64,000 nt of DNA from a virus. Below the pieces are notes generated by a model. It was not told the origin of the DNA, did not search any database, and saw only the letters and a list, made by a program, of their open reading frames with translations. Where the stretch lies: positions 91,616-155,615 of the IMG/VR virus record IMGVR_UViG_3300027863_000019, one strand, 5' to 3'. The stretch's first letter is position 1, and each line of letters opens with the position of its first letter. Of the stretch, positions 46,397 through 56,971 are shown piece by piece. A program made the position numbers and the translations under genes.

Positions 46397-47389
46397 GTGA
46401 TTCCATTGGCAATCTTATTCGCTACGGGAGGTGAACTTGGTATACCCGAGTTCACCTCTTATGACATCAAAGGTATCTATTGTTCTACCAATTATAAACG
46501 AACCGGTTCGTATAGTATTTGCTGTTATTCTGGGAGCGCGTCTCAAGTTATCCCCCCAACAACCGAACTTTATATTTCGGGGTGGTTCTATTTCACCTCG
46601 ATTGCAAATACAACTAATGACCGGTTGATCGAATTAAGAGGTAGTGGAACTGCTAATGTTGTGTTAGAGACGGGTTATTTTGGCTACCCCCTTTTGCTAT
46701 ATTCTCCTAATACTTATTCAACCCTTGCAAGGGGATCAACTGCGATAATGTTGAATACTTGGTACTTAATCGAGTTACACATTAGAATTGGAGTTAACGG
46801 TTTAGTTGAATGCCGTTTAAATGGCTTACCCGAATTTTCATACTCTGGTAATACTACAACTACCTCATTTATTGATGGAGTTTACATGGATTCATCGTAT
46901 GTGATCTATTACTTAGATGATTTTATTATTAACGATACAACTGGACCTATAAATAATTCTTGGATGGGTGGATGTAAGATAGTCACTTTAAGACCAATAG
47001 GTGCTGGAAGTTCAACGCAATGGATTCCATCTGCAGGTTCAAACTGGGATTGCGTTGATGAAACGCCGCCATCAGCTACAGATTATATTTCTTCGACAAC
47101 AGCTGGTGCATTAGATTTATATGATATTGCACCACTGCCTGGTGGGGTTAGCTCGTCAGCAACTATTAGATCTGTTACTGTTACTGCATATGCTCAAAGA
47201 GCTGGACTTACGACTTCGAACTTTTATGATGTGATTCGGATTAATGGTTCAAATTACTTTTCACCGCAATTTGGGGCGGGAGCTGTATATTCGCCATATT
47301 CCTATATTATGGATTTAAATCCAGCAACTGGAGTTACATGGTTGTTTTCAGAAGTAAATACGATTGAAGCAGGAGTGAAACTTTTCTAA
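46397..47389 (+). CDS. Tail adhesion jelly-roll protein, paralog 3 of 5
   Basis: LFATGGELG ... WYLIE ... DDFIINDTTGPINNSW ... GAGSSTQW ... CVDETPP ... DLY. Confidence 0.65.
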   Translation: MIPLAILFATGGELGIPEFTSYDIKGIYCSTNYKRTGSYSICCYSGSASQVIPPTTELYISGWFYFTSIANTTNDRLIELRGSGTANVVLETGYFGYPLLLYSPNTYSTLARGSTAIMLNTWYLIELHIRIGVNGLVECRLNGLPEFSYSGNTTTTSFIDGVYMDSSYVIYYLDDFIINDTTGPINNSWMGGCKIVTLRPIGAGSSTQWIPSAGSNWDCVDETPPSATDYISSTTAGALDLYDIAPLPGGVSSSATIRSVTVTAYAQRAGLTTSNFYDVIRINGSNYFSPQFGAGAVYSPYSYIMDLNPATGVTWLFSEVNTIEAGVKLF

Positions 47390-49197
47390 TGTCAATGGTC
47401 TTCGCAAGCGGTTGGGAAACTAACTTGTCTAGAGATGGAGGTAACTGGACGAGCGGGAATCTCTCTGGAAGTTCTGGAGTAACGAATGCTATTCGTCGTG
47501 GTCCTAACTATTCAATGAACTTTGCAACCGCTGGAGATAATATTAGAAAAGTGTTGAACACTTCCGCCGATGAGATCTTTCTCCAGTCATGTTTTTATTG
47601 GTCGGGGACTCCAAGCTCTAGTGCGGGTAGATTACTTAGAATGGCAAGAAATAGTAATGTTTATTTCTCTATAGTCTTAGATGCAAATGGATGTTTGAAT
47701 ATTTATACGGGTGATAGTGCAACTCTAGTCGCTACTGGAACTACAACCTTATTGATTAATAGATGGTATGTCATTGAAGTTCATTTTAAATATCATGCAA
47801 CTGCCGGAACAATTGAAGTAAGACTCGATGGTAGTTCTGAATGTTCGTGGAGTGGCGATACTACTTTGGGAATCTCAACTGGATTCACAACAACTGCTAA
47901 AGCAAGAATGAAGTTTACACCCGGAGCTTTAACTGTTGATTCTTTGGGAAATTTACCAAACTGGTCTCAAACCGGAAGCCCAGTCGCCTCAACAACATTG
48001 CCAGTACTCGAAGGTGGAACTTCCTTATATTGTGATAACACTTCCCGGTTAACAATTACTGACGCTAACTTGCCAGCCGGGTTTCCTTTAAAGTCAGGAG
48101 ATATAACGCAACTTGGAACTTGGATGTATTGGTTCCGACTTTCAAATTACTTAACCGCCGGATTTTTCCAGGAAACGATTTCTAAATTTGATAAGACTAA
48201 TAGTAAATTAACAATTGAACATGTTTTACATGATGCGGCAACTACATTTAGAGTTGGTTGGGGTTATGGTAGTACAGATTCTCAGAACCAAGAAACCTGG
48301 GATACACTTAACATGGTTCCAGGTAATTGGTATCATATTGCTTTTACTTATAATGGTCCCGGTAAGACCGCATACTTAAGAATTTTTGATTTGTTTAATG
48401 GAACAACATATACTTATAGTAAGACTTGGTCAAATGCTTTACGGACAAATGCTGGGAGTCCATGGGTTATTGGAAATAATGCGACTATAACTAACAATGG
48501 TGGATATTCGTGGATCGCTGATTATCTCATTTTTAATTCACAGCTTTCCGAATTTACGATTGATTGTTTCCGTTCTATTTATCACGACTCAACTTTTTCC
48601 GGCTCCGACCCATATTCTGTTATGCAGTCTAACTGGTGCTTGGAAATCTATTCAGCTGGAACTGGAATGTATGTTGATGATGTAATCGTTAATGATACGA
48701 ATGGTACAGTAAATAATTCGTGGGTTGATCAAGCTCATATAACATTAATGAAAACTATTGGTCCAGGTTCATATGGGGACTTCACTCCCAGCGATTCAAC
48801 ACCAACGAATGGTTGGAATTTCTTAAATACTCTTCCCTTATCGTCAGTGAATTGCGTGTTTTCGAATACGCCCGGCACATGTCATTCATGTTTAATGACC
48901 AACGTTCCTTTTCAAACCGTTGAAGTTGATGCAATTATTGGTTCAGCTCGAATTTGGAAAACACCTAGTGCTGCCGCCACGACGGTGAATTTGTTAATCG
49001 TTGCTGGAAGTACTGTATTCCAATCTCCCAATGCTGCTATTCCAAGTCGAATGTTAAGTTATTCAGGAAGCTATTCGACGAACTCTGCAGTTATTACACC
49101 CTACTGTACAAATTTTTTACTAGAACCACCCTCATCTAATCCATTCTCAAGAAGTGAGTTAGATGGAATTTTAGAAATAGGATTAAAGATTTCATAA
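47389..49197 (+). CDS. Tail adhesion jelly-roll protein, paralog 4 of 5, with an inserted LamG module
   Basis: VFASGWE ... WYVIE ... [LPAGFPLKSGD..WYH..FN] ... DDVIVNDTNG..NNSW. Confidence 0.65.
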   Translation: MSMVFASGWETNLSRDGGNWTSGNLSGSSGVTNAIRRGPNYSMNFATAGDNIRKVLNTSADEIFLQSCFYWSGTPSSSAGRLLRMARNSNVYFSIVLDANGCLNIYTGDSATLVATGTTTLLINRWYVIEVHFKYHATAGTIEVRLDGSSECSWSGDTTLGISTGFTTTAKARMKFTPGALTVDSLGNLPNWSQTGSPVASTTLPVLEGGTSLYCDNTSRLTITDANLPAGFPLKSGDITQLGTWMYWFRLSNYLTAGFFQETISKFDKTNSKLTIEHVLHDAATTFRVGWGYGSTDSQNQETWDTLNMVPGNWYHIAFTYNGPGKTAYLRIFDLFNGTTYTYSKTWSNALRTNAGSPWVIGNNATITNNGGYSWIADYLIFNSQLSEFTIDCFRSIYHDSTFSGSDPYSVMQSNWCLEIYSAGTGMYVDDVIVNDTNGTVNNSWVDQAHITLMKTIGPGSYGDFTPSDSTPTNGWNFLNTLPLSSVNCVFSNTPGTCHSCLMTNVPFQTVEVDAIIGSARIWKTPSAAATTVNLLIVAGSTVFQSPNAAIPSRMLSYSGSYSTNSAVITPYCTNFLLEPPSSNPFSRSELDGILEIGLKIS

Positions 49198-52100
49198 ATG
49201 GCCAACAATTTTGCAAATGATGCTAACTGTGTAGCTCTATATAGATTTGAAAATGGAGCTTTAACGACTGACTCAGGTCCAGTTGGTACTAATACTTTAA
49301 ATCCAAACAATAGTCCTTCAGCTGATATTGTTAATTTTAAAGAAGGTTCCGGATCTACTAGTCTTGTCGCTGCTTCCACACAATTCTATAACCTTACTGA
49401 TAGCAATCAAAGCTCTGGCTTTCCTTTAAAGAGCGGTACCACAAATAAGTTAATGAGTATTTGTGGTTGGTTCAAGCTTGGAACGACATCCAATAATAGA
49501 GGTTTATTCGGTAAAGTTAATCAGTCCGGAAGTGTTGGTTGCGGTTTATACGTTTACAATAGTAGTTTGTATATTAGTTATAACGGCGGTTGGCAGAACA
49601 CCGGCCTTTCAGTTTCCGCGAATATTTGGTATCATGTTGGGATGATTTACAATGGAACGAATGGTCAGGCAACAGTTCGGTTATTTAAATCAGATGATAG
49701 TACTTTACAATCAGCCAGTTTTGGACTTGGAGCTTTAAATGTTGGAGCTGTTGATTTTGTCGTTGGTACTTTCAGCGACAACACTTCTTGGATGGCTGAT
49801 AGCAATTTTGATGAAGTGGTTGTTTTCAATAGACTTCTCGTGCCAGGTGAGATTGATTCAATTAGAACTGGAATCTTTCCAACTATTACACCTCAATCTC
49901 ACTACACAAGTAATAACTTTACCGGCGATCCAAATTGCATTTCAGTGTATCGATTTGAGAATGGAGCTTTAACAACCGATTCATTTGGAACTAACACCTT
50001 AACTGCGGTTAATGCTCCGACATGTGATACAAATGATAACATTGAAGGTTCAGGAAGTACTGCGTTAGCTTATGCAAGCAAACAGTTTTATAAGATTACT
50101 GATGCAAACCTTTCGAGTAGCTTTCCCTTAAAGTCTGGCGACTCAGTAATGCTAGGAACGTTTGCGTGTTGGTTTAAATTAAGTTCAACGGGGGGCAACG
50201 TTCCCGCAATCATTGGTAAAGGTGCTTATGGTGGAGCTGGATTAAATCTTTATCATAATGCTGGATCACTTCAAGTGAGCTGGAATGGTACCGCATGTAC
50301 TGCATTAACAAATTTAAGCACTGGAATTTGGTATCACGCAGCGATAGTATTTAATGGTAAGTCACGTACTTGTTACGTTCGACTTTATAATTCATCTACA
50401 GGATCTGCGACGACATATATTGTTAGTGGTATACCTGCTTCTGATTTAATCTTGACTGCTGAGTTTCGTGTTGGAGCTTGGTCTGGAACTGATACTGATA
50501 GAACCTTTGATGGTAAGATTGATGAGGTAGTTGTATTTAATCGTGGATTATCTGTAAATGAAATAGATGCGATTCGTCAAGGTACTTACAGCTATGTATC
50601 TCCAATCATGGCAACCTCTAATGATTTCTCAAGAGATAAGACTTGTGTAAATCAATATTTATTTGAACCCGGAGCATTGACAACAGATACGAAAGGGTTT
50701 GTGACTCTTAATGCATCAACTAGCGCGCCGACTTCTTATACAACCGAGTATAAGCAAGGAAGTGGTTGTGTTATGATGCAGAGCGGCTATAATCAATACT
50801 TCTATGTTACGGATGCAAATTTACCGACTGGGGCTTTTTGCAAGTCAGCCGACGCCGACGTAAATTTATTTACTATTTGTTGTTGGTTAAAGCGTTTTGA
50901 TTATGGGCAAAGAACTATTCTCGGCAAGTGGGTTAGCGGTCAGTATGTTTTTATACTTTACACTGATCCAACATCACATAATATTAAAATGGGAATGGGA
51001 ACTGCATCATATAGTCAGTGGACTTGGGATACTGGAATTCAATTATTACCTAATGAATGGTATCATTTAGCGCTAAGTTTTGACTGGGGTGCTAGTAAGA
51101 ACACGATGATTCGTCTTTATCAAGCTTCTACTAACAAAGTGTATGGAAACTATTATCAAGGTTATCTATCTTCTAGTTCGTTTTGGATTTCTGGAACTGC
51201 CGATTTTAGAATTGGCAGTAATCAAGATTCGACGACCAATAGTTGGAATGGATTGATGGATGAGTTCTTAATCTTCTATCGATTCTTAAATATTGAAGAG
51301 ATTGATGCAATCCGCTCCGGAACCTATACTGGACCAATGGTGCCACAACTTTTAACCGCCTCACAAATTTTTCCTGGGCTTTCTTTTGCTGCAGCTGTTA
51401 ATAATCCGACACTAAACTTTTCTCATGGTGGTGATGCTGTTTGGTCCATTCATAATAATGAAACTCACGATCTTGGTTTTAGCGTTAAAAGTGGTACGAT
51501 TGGTTTAAACCAAGAGTCGTGGTTTTCAACTACTGTTAAAGGTCCTGGTAAATTAATTTTTTGGTGGGCCGTTGACTCTACTGCTAACCACCACTATTTA
51601 CAATTTCAAATTGATGGGGTAGCTCAAGATAGTATTAGTGGTCCAAATAATCCAGGAGTGTGGGTAAAGAAGTCTTATTCGATCGCGGCTGGAACTCATA
51701 CTTTAAAATGGAGATACTATACAGACGGCACCGCAGCCTCAGGTCGCAATGCTGGTTATGTTGATGAAATTTCATTTGGCCCTGGAAATGATTTCACTAA
51801 TGATTCTAATTGCATTTCTGTTTATAAAGGTGATTCTATTCATCCCGGTTTTGACTCCAAGGGAACTAATCATTTAAGAAATGGTCATGGTGTTAGATTT
51901 CAAGGATTCACAAATCAAATAAGAAAGAGTGGCTACCTTTATCCTTATTATTCAAGAGGTGCATCACAATATTTAACACTTGATGATTCAAGTTTAAGTG
52001 CATCATTTCCATTAAAAAGCACTGACACGTCAAAGGTAGGAACTTTCTGTTTCTGGTTTTTGTTGAATAACTCTTCTAGCTACACATATTTTGATTTGCT

Positions 52101-54846
52101 CTCTAAAGGAACTATATCGGCTCGCTGCTTTGGTATTTATTTCTATTCGGGTTATGGTTTATATGTTAACTGGGGTTACTCGGGTGGAAACCAAGATATT
52201 AAAATAGCTGACTACACTTTATTTTCTGTGAACCATTGGTACCATATTTGCGTTTCATTTGATGGAGTCAATAAACGTTTGTATTGTAGAGTTTGGGATG
52301 ATGAAGCCCAAAAAATTATTGTGGATCAAACATGGACTCCAACAAACGCTATGGTCGTACAAACCGGTGGATTCACGGTTGGTGCAAATCTGGGATGTTC
52401 GAATACTTGGGATGGTTATATTGATGAAGTCGTTGTTTTCAATAAGCAATTAACTATTTCGCAAATGGATGCAGTACGTAAAGGTGTATACTCTGGTACT
52501 GGACCAACAAGTGGCAATGATTTTTCAAGTGACTCAACATGTAAAGCCCTTTGGAGGTTTGAAAGCGGTCAGAAGACAACCGATAGTAAGAGTACCAATA
52601 CCTTAACTGATCACGGTACAGTTCAAATAACAAACGTTGCTAATACGACAAGAGAAGGTTCGGGATGCGTTCAAACAACTTATTCTGGACCTACTTGGTT
52701 ACATATAGCTGATTCAAATCTTGCTTCAGGATTTCCTTTAAAGAGTGATGACACAACGAAAGTTGCTTCAATTTGTTGTTGGTTCCGTCCACTTGAAAAT
52801 AATCAGAACTACAGACATCTAATGGCAAAGATGGCCAACAATACTACTGGGACTTTCATGCTCTATACGAATAGTGCTACAGCATTAGTATTTCGTTGGT
52901 ACTATGGAACTGGCAATACATATCAAGAGTTCATATTAGGTTACTTACCAAATACTTATGCATGGTACCATCTTGGATTGACAATTGATGGAGTGAATCA
53001 GAAAGTAACGTCTCGACTTTATAATAGCTTTAATGAGACCTCAACCTGTTATGAATTCTATCCTGGAGAGCCTTTGCAGATTTGTTCCGCGGATTTAACT
53101 ATCAGTGGTGCTCAAGGTGCTACATCGGGTACCTTACTCGCAAGTACAGGATGGAATGGTTATATTGATGAAGTAGTTATCTTTAATAGAATCTTGAACT
53201 TCTTAGAGATTGATGCTATTCGTTTAGGAACTTATTCTGGAACTGGTAAGTCTGGTGCAGCGACAGACTTACTTTATGCTACCATTGTTTATAAAACAAT
53301 TGACCATAAGACATACTTTTGCGTTGATCCAGACCGAGGAAGAGATTGTTATGGTGGATTAAACTTTCAACAACCTATGAGGAATTTTAGAGGTAAATAC
53401 TTTGGTCCTGGTGATGTAATAACATTCGCTAAGACTTATGAAAACCAAATGTATGGGACCGCGAGTGTTACTTCAGGAAGTACAACAGTAACAGTTAATA
53501 CGAGATTAGATGGAGCTCTCTACGCTGGAATGGTTATCAGATTTGGAAGTGATACGGTTTATTATACTGTTCAATCTTTTTCTGTATCTGAAACTAATAC
53601 AACTCTAACTCTCTATCGCCCTTATAGAGGCTCAACAGCTTCAGGAGTAAATTACTATGTAGCTTTTGGTACATGGATGAACTGGTATCTCTGGAACACT
53701 TATGGGTTGACAAGTTACGCTGATAAGCCTGTTCAATTTATTGGAGGATATGATAGAGATACTCAACAAGCCACTGGCATTCCAACTATATTTGAGCAGT
53801 ATGGTAATTATGGTTGGATGGGTGCTTGTGACTTCATAGTTTTTAAAAAGATTGGTTTCACGAATTGGAGCAACTATGGAATCAATATTGGAGGTCGTGG
53901 AGCCGTTTTCGAAGATATTTTTCTTTCAGCTTATTTCATGGGCAGTTATCCGCCTAATGGAACTCTTGCCGTAAGTTATAATTCACGCTTCGATCGATTT
54001 ATATTTGAAGCGCAGGCTTGGGCTGATTTAACTAACGGAATGTTTAATTGCGAGTTTAATGATTGGGAGTTTTTTCCAAATTCTAATTACCCAATTCAAC
54101 TTGGAGTTATGAAGAATGTCGTTTTCAATAGATTTAGAACCGGGGGAGGATCATATTCTCTAGCGCTAAATAGTTCATTTGAGAACACCGTTTTCTATGA
54201 TCCAATTTTTGATGAAGGCTCTGCCGTGTCAGTTGGTAGATTTTACATGACTAATTCTACACAACTTTTGGGAAACATTGCTTTTATTAATGCATCCCTT
54301 AATCCAAGTGTTCCGCTTTTTTACTTTTATTCAACTGCTGGATACTACGTTGGCGACGTTTGTTTTGAACATTATAATCAAACTCAGAATGACGATAGAG
54401 TTTATATTTTTAATGGTGCATATAATAATTATGCGGCAGTTCAATATCGAGACACGACTACTTTCAGAACCAGTGCTCCCTCTTTACGCCTTGAGTTTAC
54501 TGGAGTTAGTCCTGTAAGTGTTATGCCAGTCACTAGAACTTTTTATCTTCCCGCGGATCAAGGCGTTGCAACGACCGTGTCGGCTTACGTGAGAGTGAAT
54601 CCTGCTTACTTTATGGCTGGTAGATATCTATTACCGACTATGACTGTAAGAGTTATCCAAGGTTCAGCTCCAAACTTTACTTGGTCGACTCCCTCTGTAT
54701 CGATCACGAAGACTTCTAATCAGTGGTTGCAATTAACTCAACAGGTAACGCCATCTACTGATGCTGTCTTAGAAGTAACGTTTACCTTTTTATCATCAAA
54801 TCCATCTGCCATTGCATGGTTAGATGAGATTGAAAAAACGCCTTAG
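49198..54846 (+). CDS. Giant tail fibre/adhesin: five LamG modules, an inserted galactose-binding-like domain and a beta-helix-like C-terminus
   Basis: Five N.F..D..C...Y.FE.G ... FPLKS.D ... WYH ... DEVV.FNR.L...ID.IR.G units. Confidence 0.8.
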   Translation: MANNFANDANCVALYRFENGALTTDSGPVGTNTLNPNNSPSADIVNFKEGSGSTSLVAASTQFYNLTDSNQSSGFPLKSGTTNKLMSICGWFKLGTTSNNRGLFGKVNQSGSVGCGLYVYNSSLYISYNGGWQNTGLSVSANIWYHVGMIYNGTNGQATVRLFKSDDSTLQSASFGLGALNVGAVDFVVGTFSDNTSWMADSNFDEVVVFNRLLVPGEIDSIRTGIFPTITPQSHYTSNNFTGDPNCISVYRFENGALTTDSFGTNTLTAVNAPTCDTNDNIEGSGSTALAYASKQFYKITDANLSSSFPLKSGDSVMLGTFACWFKLSSTGGNVPAIIGKGAYGGAGLNLYHNAGSLQVSWNGTACTALTNLSTGIWYHAAIVFNGKSRTCYVRLYNSSTGSATTYIVSGIPASDLILTAEFRVGAWSGTDTDRTFDGKIDEVVVFNRGLSVNEIDAIRQGTYSYVSPIMATSNDFSRDKTCVNQYLFEPGALTTDTKGFVTLNASTSAPTSYTTEYKQGSGCVMMQSGYNQYFYVTDANLPTGAFCKSADADVNLFTICCWLKRFDYGQRTILGKWVSGQYVFILYTDPTSHNIKMGMGTASYSQWTWDTGIQLLPNEWYHLALSFDWGASKNTMIRLYQASTNKVYGNYYQGYLSSSSFWISGTADFRIGSNQDSTTNSWNGLMDEFLIFYRFLNIEEIDAIRSGTYTGPMVPQLLTASQIFPGLSFAAAVNNPTLNFSHGGDAVWSIHNNETHDLGFSVKSGTIGLNQESWFSTTVKGPGKLIFWWAVDSTANHHYLQFQIDGVAQDSISGPNNPGVWVKKSYSIAAGTHTLKWRYYTDGTAASGRNAGYVDEISFGPGNDFTNDSNCISVYKGDSIHPGFDSKGTNHLRNGHGVRFQGFTNQIRKSGYLYPYYSRGASQYLTLDDSSLSASFPLKSTDTSKVGTFCFWFLLNNSSSYTYFDLLSKGTISARCFGIYFYSGYGLYVNWGYSGGNQDIKIADYTLFSVNHWYHICVSFDGVNKRLYCRVWDDEAQKIIVDQTWTPTNAMVVQTGGFTVGANLGCSNTWDGYIDEVVVFNKQLTISQMDAVRKGVYSGTGPTSGNDFSSDSTCKALWRFESGQKTTDSKSTNTLTDHGTVQITNVANTTREGSGCVQTTYSGPTWLHIADSNLASGFPLKSDDTTKVASICCWFRPLENNQNYRHLMAKMANNTTGTFMLYTNSATALVFRWYYGTGNTYQEFILGYLPNTYAWYHLGLTIDGVNQKVTSRLYNSFNETSTCYEFYPGEPLQICSADLTISGAQGATSGTLLASTGWNGYIDEVVIFNRILNFLEIDAIRLGTYSGTGKSGAATDLLYATIVYKTIDHKTYFCVDPDRGRDCYGGLNFQQPMRNFRGKYFGPGDVITFAKTYENQMYGTASVTSGSTTVTVNTRLDGALYAGMVIRFGSDTVYYTVQSFSVSETNTTLTLYRPYRGSTASGVNYYVAFGTWMNWYLWNTYGLTSYADKPVQFIGGYDRDTQQATGIPTIFEQYGNYGWMGACDFIVFKKIGFTNWSNYGINIGGRGAVFEDIFLSAYFMGSYPPNGTLAVSYNSRFDRFIFEAQAWADLTNGMFNCEFNDWEFFPNSNYPIQLGVMKNVVFNRFRTGGGSYSLALNSSFENTVFYDPIFDEGSAVSVGRFYMTNSTQLLGNIAFINASLNPSVPLFYFYSTAGYYVGDVCFEHYNQTQNDDRVYIFNGAYNNYAAVQYRDTTTFRTSAPSLRLEFTGVSPVSVMPVTRTFYLPADQGVATTVSAYVRVNPAYFMAGRYLLPTMTVRVIQGSAPNFTWSTPSVSITKTSNQWLQLTQQVTPSTDAVLEVTFTFLSSNPSAIAWLDEIEKTP

Positions 54847-54859
54847 AGGTGAATGCATT

Positions 54860-55129
54860 ATGTTTTACTTTCGTTTATTCTTCCGGTGTGAGAACTGTTT
54901 GAAGATATCAACACGTGTGATCAAACTTAACACTCGTAGCAAGTTTGATGCTAGAGAAAGGATTGGACCTATAGGATGTCATCAGTGTACAAACCCAAGT
55001 GAACTAACGTTCTTAGAGATCGAAGAATTGGACCTTGCCCATCTCGAAGAATTCATTCGATGGTCGTCAAATGAGTCAAAATTAATAAATGAAAGCCACC
55101 CGACCGTAGCACATCAAAGTTCCAAGTGA
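54860..55129 (+). CDS. Small Zn-ribbon-like protein
   Basis: CENC...CHQC; GAGGT RBS before ATG 54860. Confidence 0.5.
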   Translation: MFYFRLFFRCENCLKISTRVIKLNTRSKFDARERIGPIGCHQCTNPSELTFLEIEELDLAHLEEFIRWSSNESKLINESHPTVAHQSSK

Positions 55130-55166
55130 AGGCTTAATTTAAATTTGAAGGGACAAATTTAAAAGA

Positions 55167-55454
55167 ATGGGAACGAGTAACGAATATAATATCTGGCAAC
55201 TGTTTGCAAGTGTGTCTTTAACTGCAGCATTAACGTTTTGTGGCTTTTATGTTCGTTCCCTTCTATCTCGAGTGAATGAAGCTAACCAACAACTTTTAAC
55301 TTTTAGGGCGGAAGTGTTTGGACAGATTGAGAAATTAAAAACTGACGAAGAGTCCCGTTGTGTACGTTGCAGGCAGAGTCAATATGAATTCGAGAAGGAT
55401 GTGCTGCAACGCATTTCCCGTCTTGAAGAGAAGGCTGGTTCGGTAATGAAATGA
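55167..55454 (+). CDS. Single-TM + coiled-coil protein, holin/antiholin-like
   Basis: N-terminal hydrophobic helix, C-terminal RISRLEEK; lies after the tail genes. Confidence 0.45.
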   Translation: MGTSNEYNIWQLFASVSLTAALTFCGFYVRSLLSRVNEANQQLLTFRAEVFGQIEKLKTDEESRCVRCRQSQYEFEKDVLQRISRLEEKAGSVMK

Positions 55455-55690
55455 ATGAGATAAATCTTATTAGCACTTTTTTATGTTTTGTTCCTGCGAC
55501 ATACTTAGCTGTTAATTTCTTTCAAATTCATAAAGAAATTAACACCTATATCCAACAAGTTCAAGAAATCAATAGCTCACCAGCTGAAACTCGGACGACT
55601 ACCTCAAGACCTAATCTTACAGTAGTTAGATGTCAACGATGTTCCGATCCTGAATCAGTCGAACAATTCCCCAAAGCGGCAGCCCAATAA
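55451..55690 (+). CDS. Small membrane protein
   Basis: N-terminal hydrophobic helix; ATGA overlap with the upstream gene. Confidence 0.5.
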   Translation: MNEINLISTFLCFVPATYLAVNFFQIHKEINTYIQQVQEINSSPAETRTTTSRPNLTVVRCQRCSDPESVEQFPKAAAQ

Positions 55691-55726
55691 GTTTTACTTA
55701 CTCCACCCATGTGACAAATTTGAAGT

Positions 55727-55909
55727 ATGGGTGAAATAGTTCCTTTCAAACACACTAACTACACTATCTTGAAACAGATTAAACGGGAAGCCTTACGTGA
55801 GTATAGTTTACTTGTTAAGGCAACCGTTGGCTTTTATTACCCTGAGTGGGTGGTTCTTCCAGATAAAAACATCCGCGAACTTTTTGAAATGGGAATCATC
55901 GAACTTTAA
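55727..55909 (+). CDS. Small hypothetical protein
   Basis: 60-aa ORF, co-directional with neighbours. Confidence 0.4.
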   Translation: MGEIVPFKHTNYTILKQIKREALREYSLLVKATVGFYYPEWVVLPDKNIRELFEMGIIEL

Positions 55910-55917
55910 GAGTTAGC

Positions 55918-56913
55918 ATGGCGAGAGTCTTTATAGAAGGTTTTGAGAGTGGAGATCTAAGTCTTTGGGATGGCGTTGCCAATCCTTCAAACGCTTACAT
56001 TCAGACTCCTCCTCCCGGGTTTGGTTCTGGAAATTATTGTTATTATTCTACTTTCGCTACAACGGGTGGAATTCAAAAGTTTCTTCCAAGTTCACCTGTT
56101 TATTTTATGGCAGTTACTTATCGATCAAGTAATACTGGGATTACCGCCCTTTTTTCATTCAATGGGGGTAGAGGATCTACAACTCTTTTAAAAATTGGAA
56201 AGGATTCCACGACTCAATTTTTAAAAGCAACGACAGCAGGAGGGACTTTACTTGGGACTGGAACTCAGGCGTGTAATGTTGGTCAAAGTCGATTAATCGA
56301 AGTTTATTATGTACCCCATCTAACGAATGGGCAGTTAATTGTTAAGGTGGATGGCTATACTGATATTTCAGTAAGTGGAGCTAAGACTAGTGATTCCACC
56401 ATGAATATTGATACACTTTGCCTTGGCGATTATGCGAATTCTACAGGTGGAGGTTATTATGATAACCTGGTTATAGATAACTCTGAATGGATCGGTCAAA
56501 CCTTTATCGCGCCACTAATTGTGAGTGGGGCAGGATCTTCGACGCAGTGGACTCCATCCACTGGTTTAAACTATCAATGTGTCGATGAAGTTCCTCCTAG
56601 CGACACAGATTTTGTTTCTACGATAACTCCAAGCGCACTCGATCTGTATCTTACTTCAGGTATCACAACTACGGTGGGTGTTATCAAAGCCGTTCAGATT
56701 CAAGGTAGATGTTGGAAGGAAGGCATTTTGACTGACAAGACTATTTCATTAGCCTTGAAGTCAGGATTAACAACTTCACTCTCTCCTGCTATTACAATCG
56801 GGTTTGCAGCAACCCCTCTAAAGACTTACCTTTGGCAATCTAATCCTTCAACTGGGAATGCATTCACGCAAAGTGAAATTAATAGTTTACAGTTTGGGAT
56901 TGAACTCCTTTAA
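55918..56913 (+). CDS. Tail adhesion jelly-roll protein, paralog 5 of 5
   Basis: VFIEGFESG ... LIEVYY ... GAGSSTQWTPS ... CVDEVPP ... DLY ... NPSTG..FT.SEIN. Confidence 0.65.
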   Translation: MARVFIEGFESGDLSLWDGVANPSNAYIQTPPPGFGSGNYCYYSTFATTGGIQKFLPSSPVYFMAVTYRSSNTGITALFSFNGGRGSTTLLKIGKDSTTQFLKATTAGGTLLGTGTQACNVGQSRLIEVYYVPHLTNGQLIVKVDGYTDISVSGAKTSDSTMNIDTLCLGDYANSTGGGYYDNLVIDNSEWIGQTFIAPLIVSGAGSSTQWTPSTGLNYQCVDEVPPSDTDFVSTITPSALDLYLTSGITTTVGVIKAVQIQGRCWKEGILTDKTISLALKSGLTTSLSPAITIGFAATPLKTYLWQSNPSTGNAFTQSEINSLQFGIELL

Positions 56914-56971
56914 ACAAATTAATTAAAAGATGGGCCACTATGAACAGAGGTACTACTATGGAGATTGAGCG

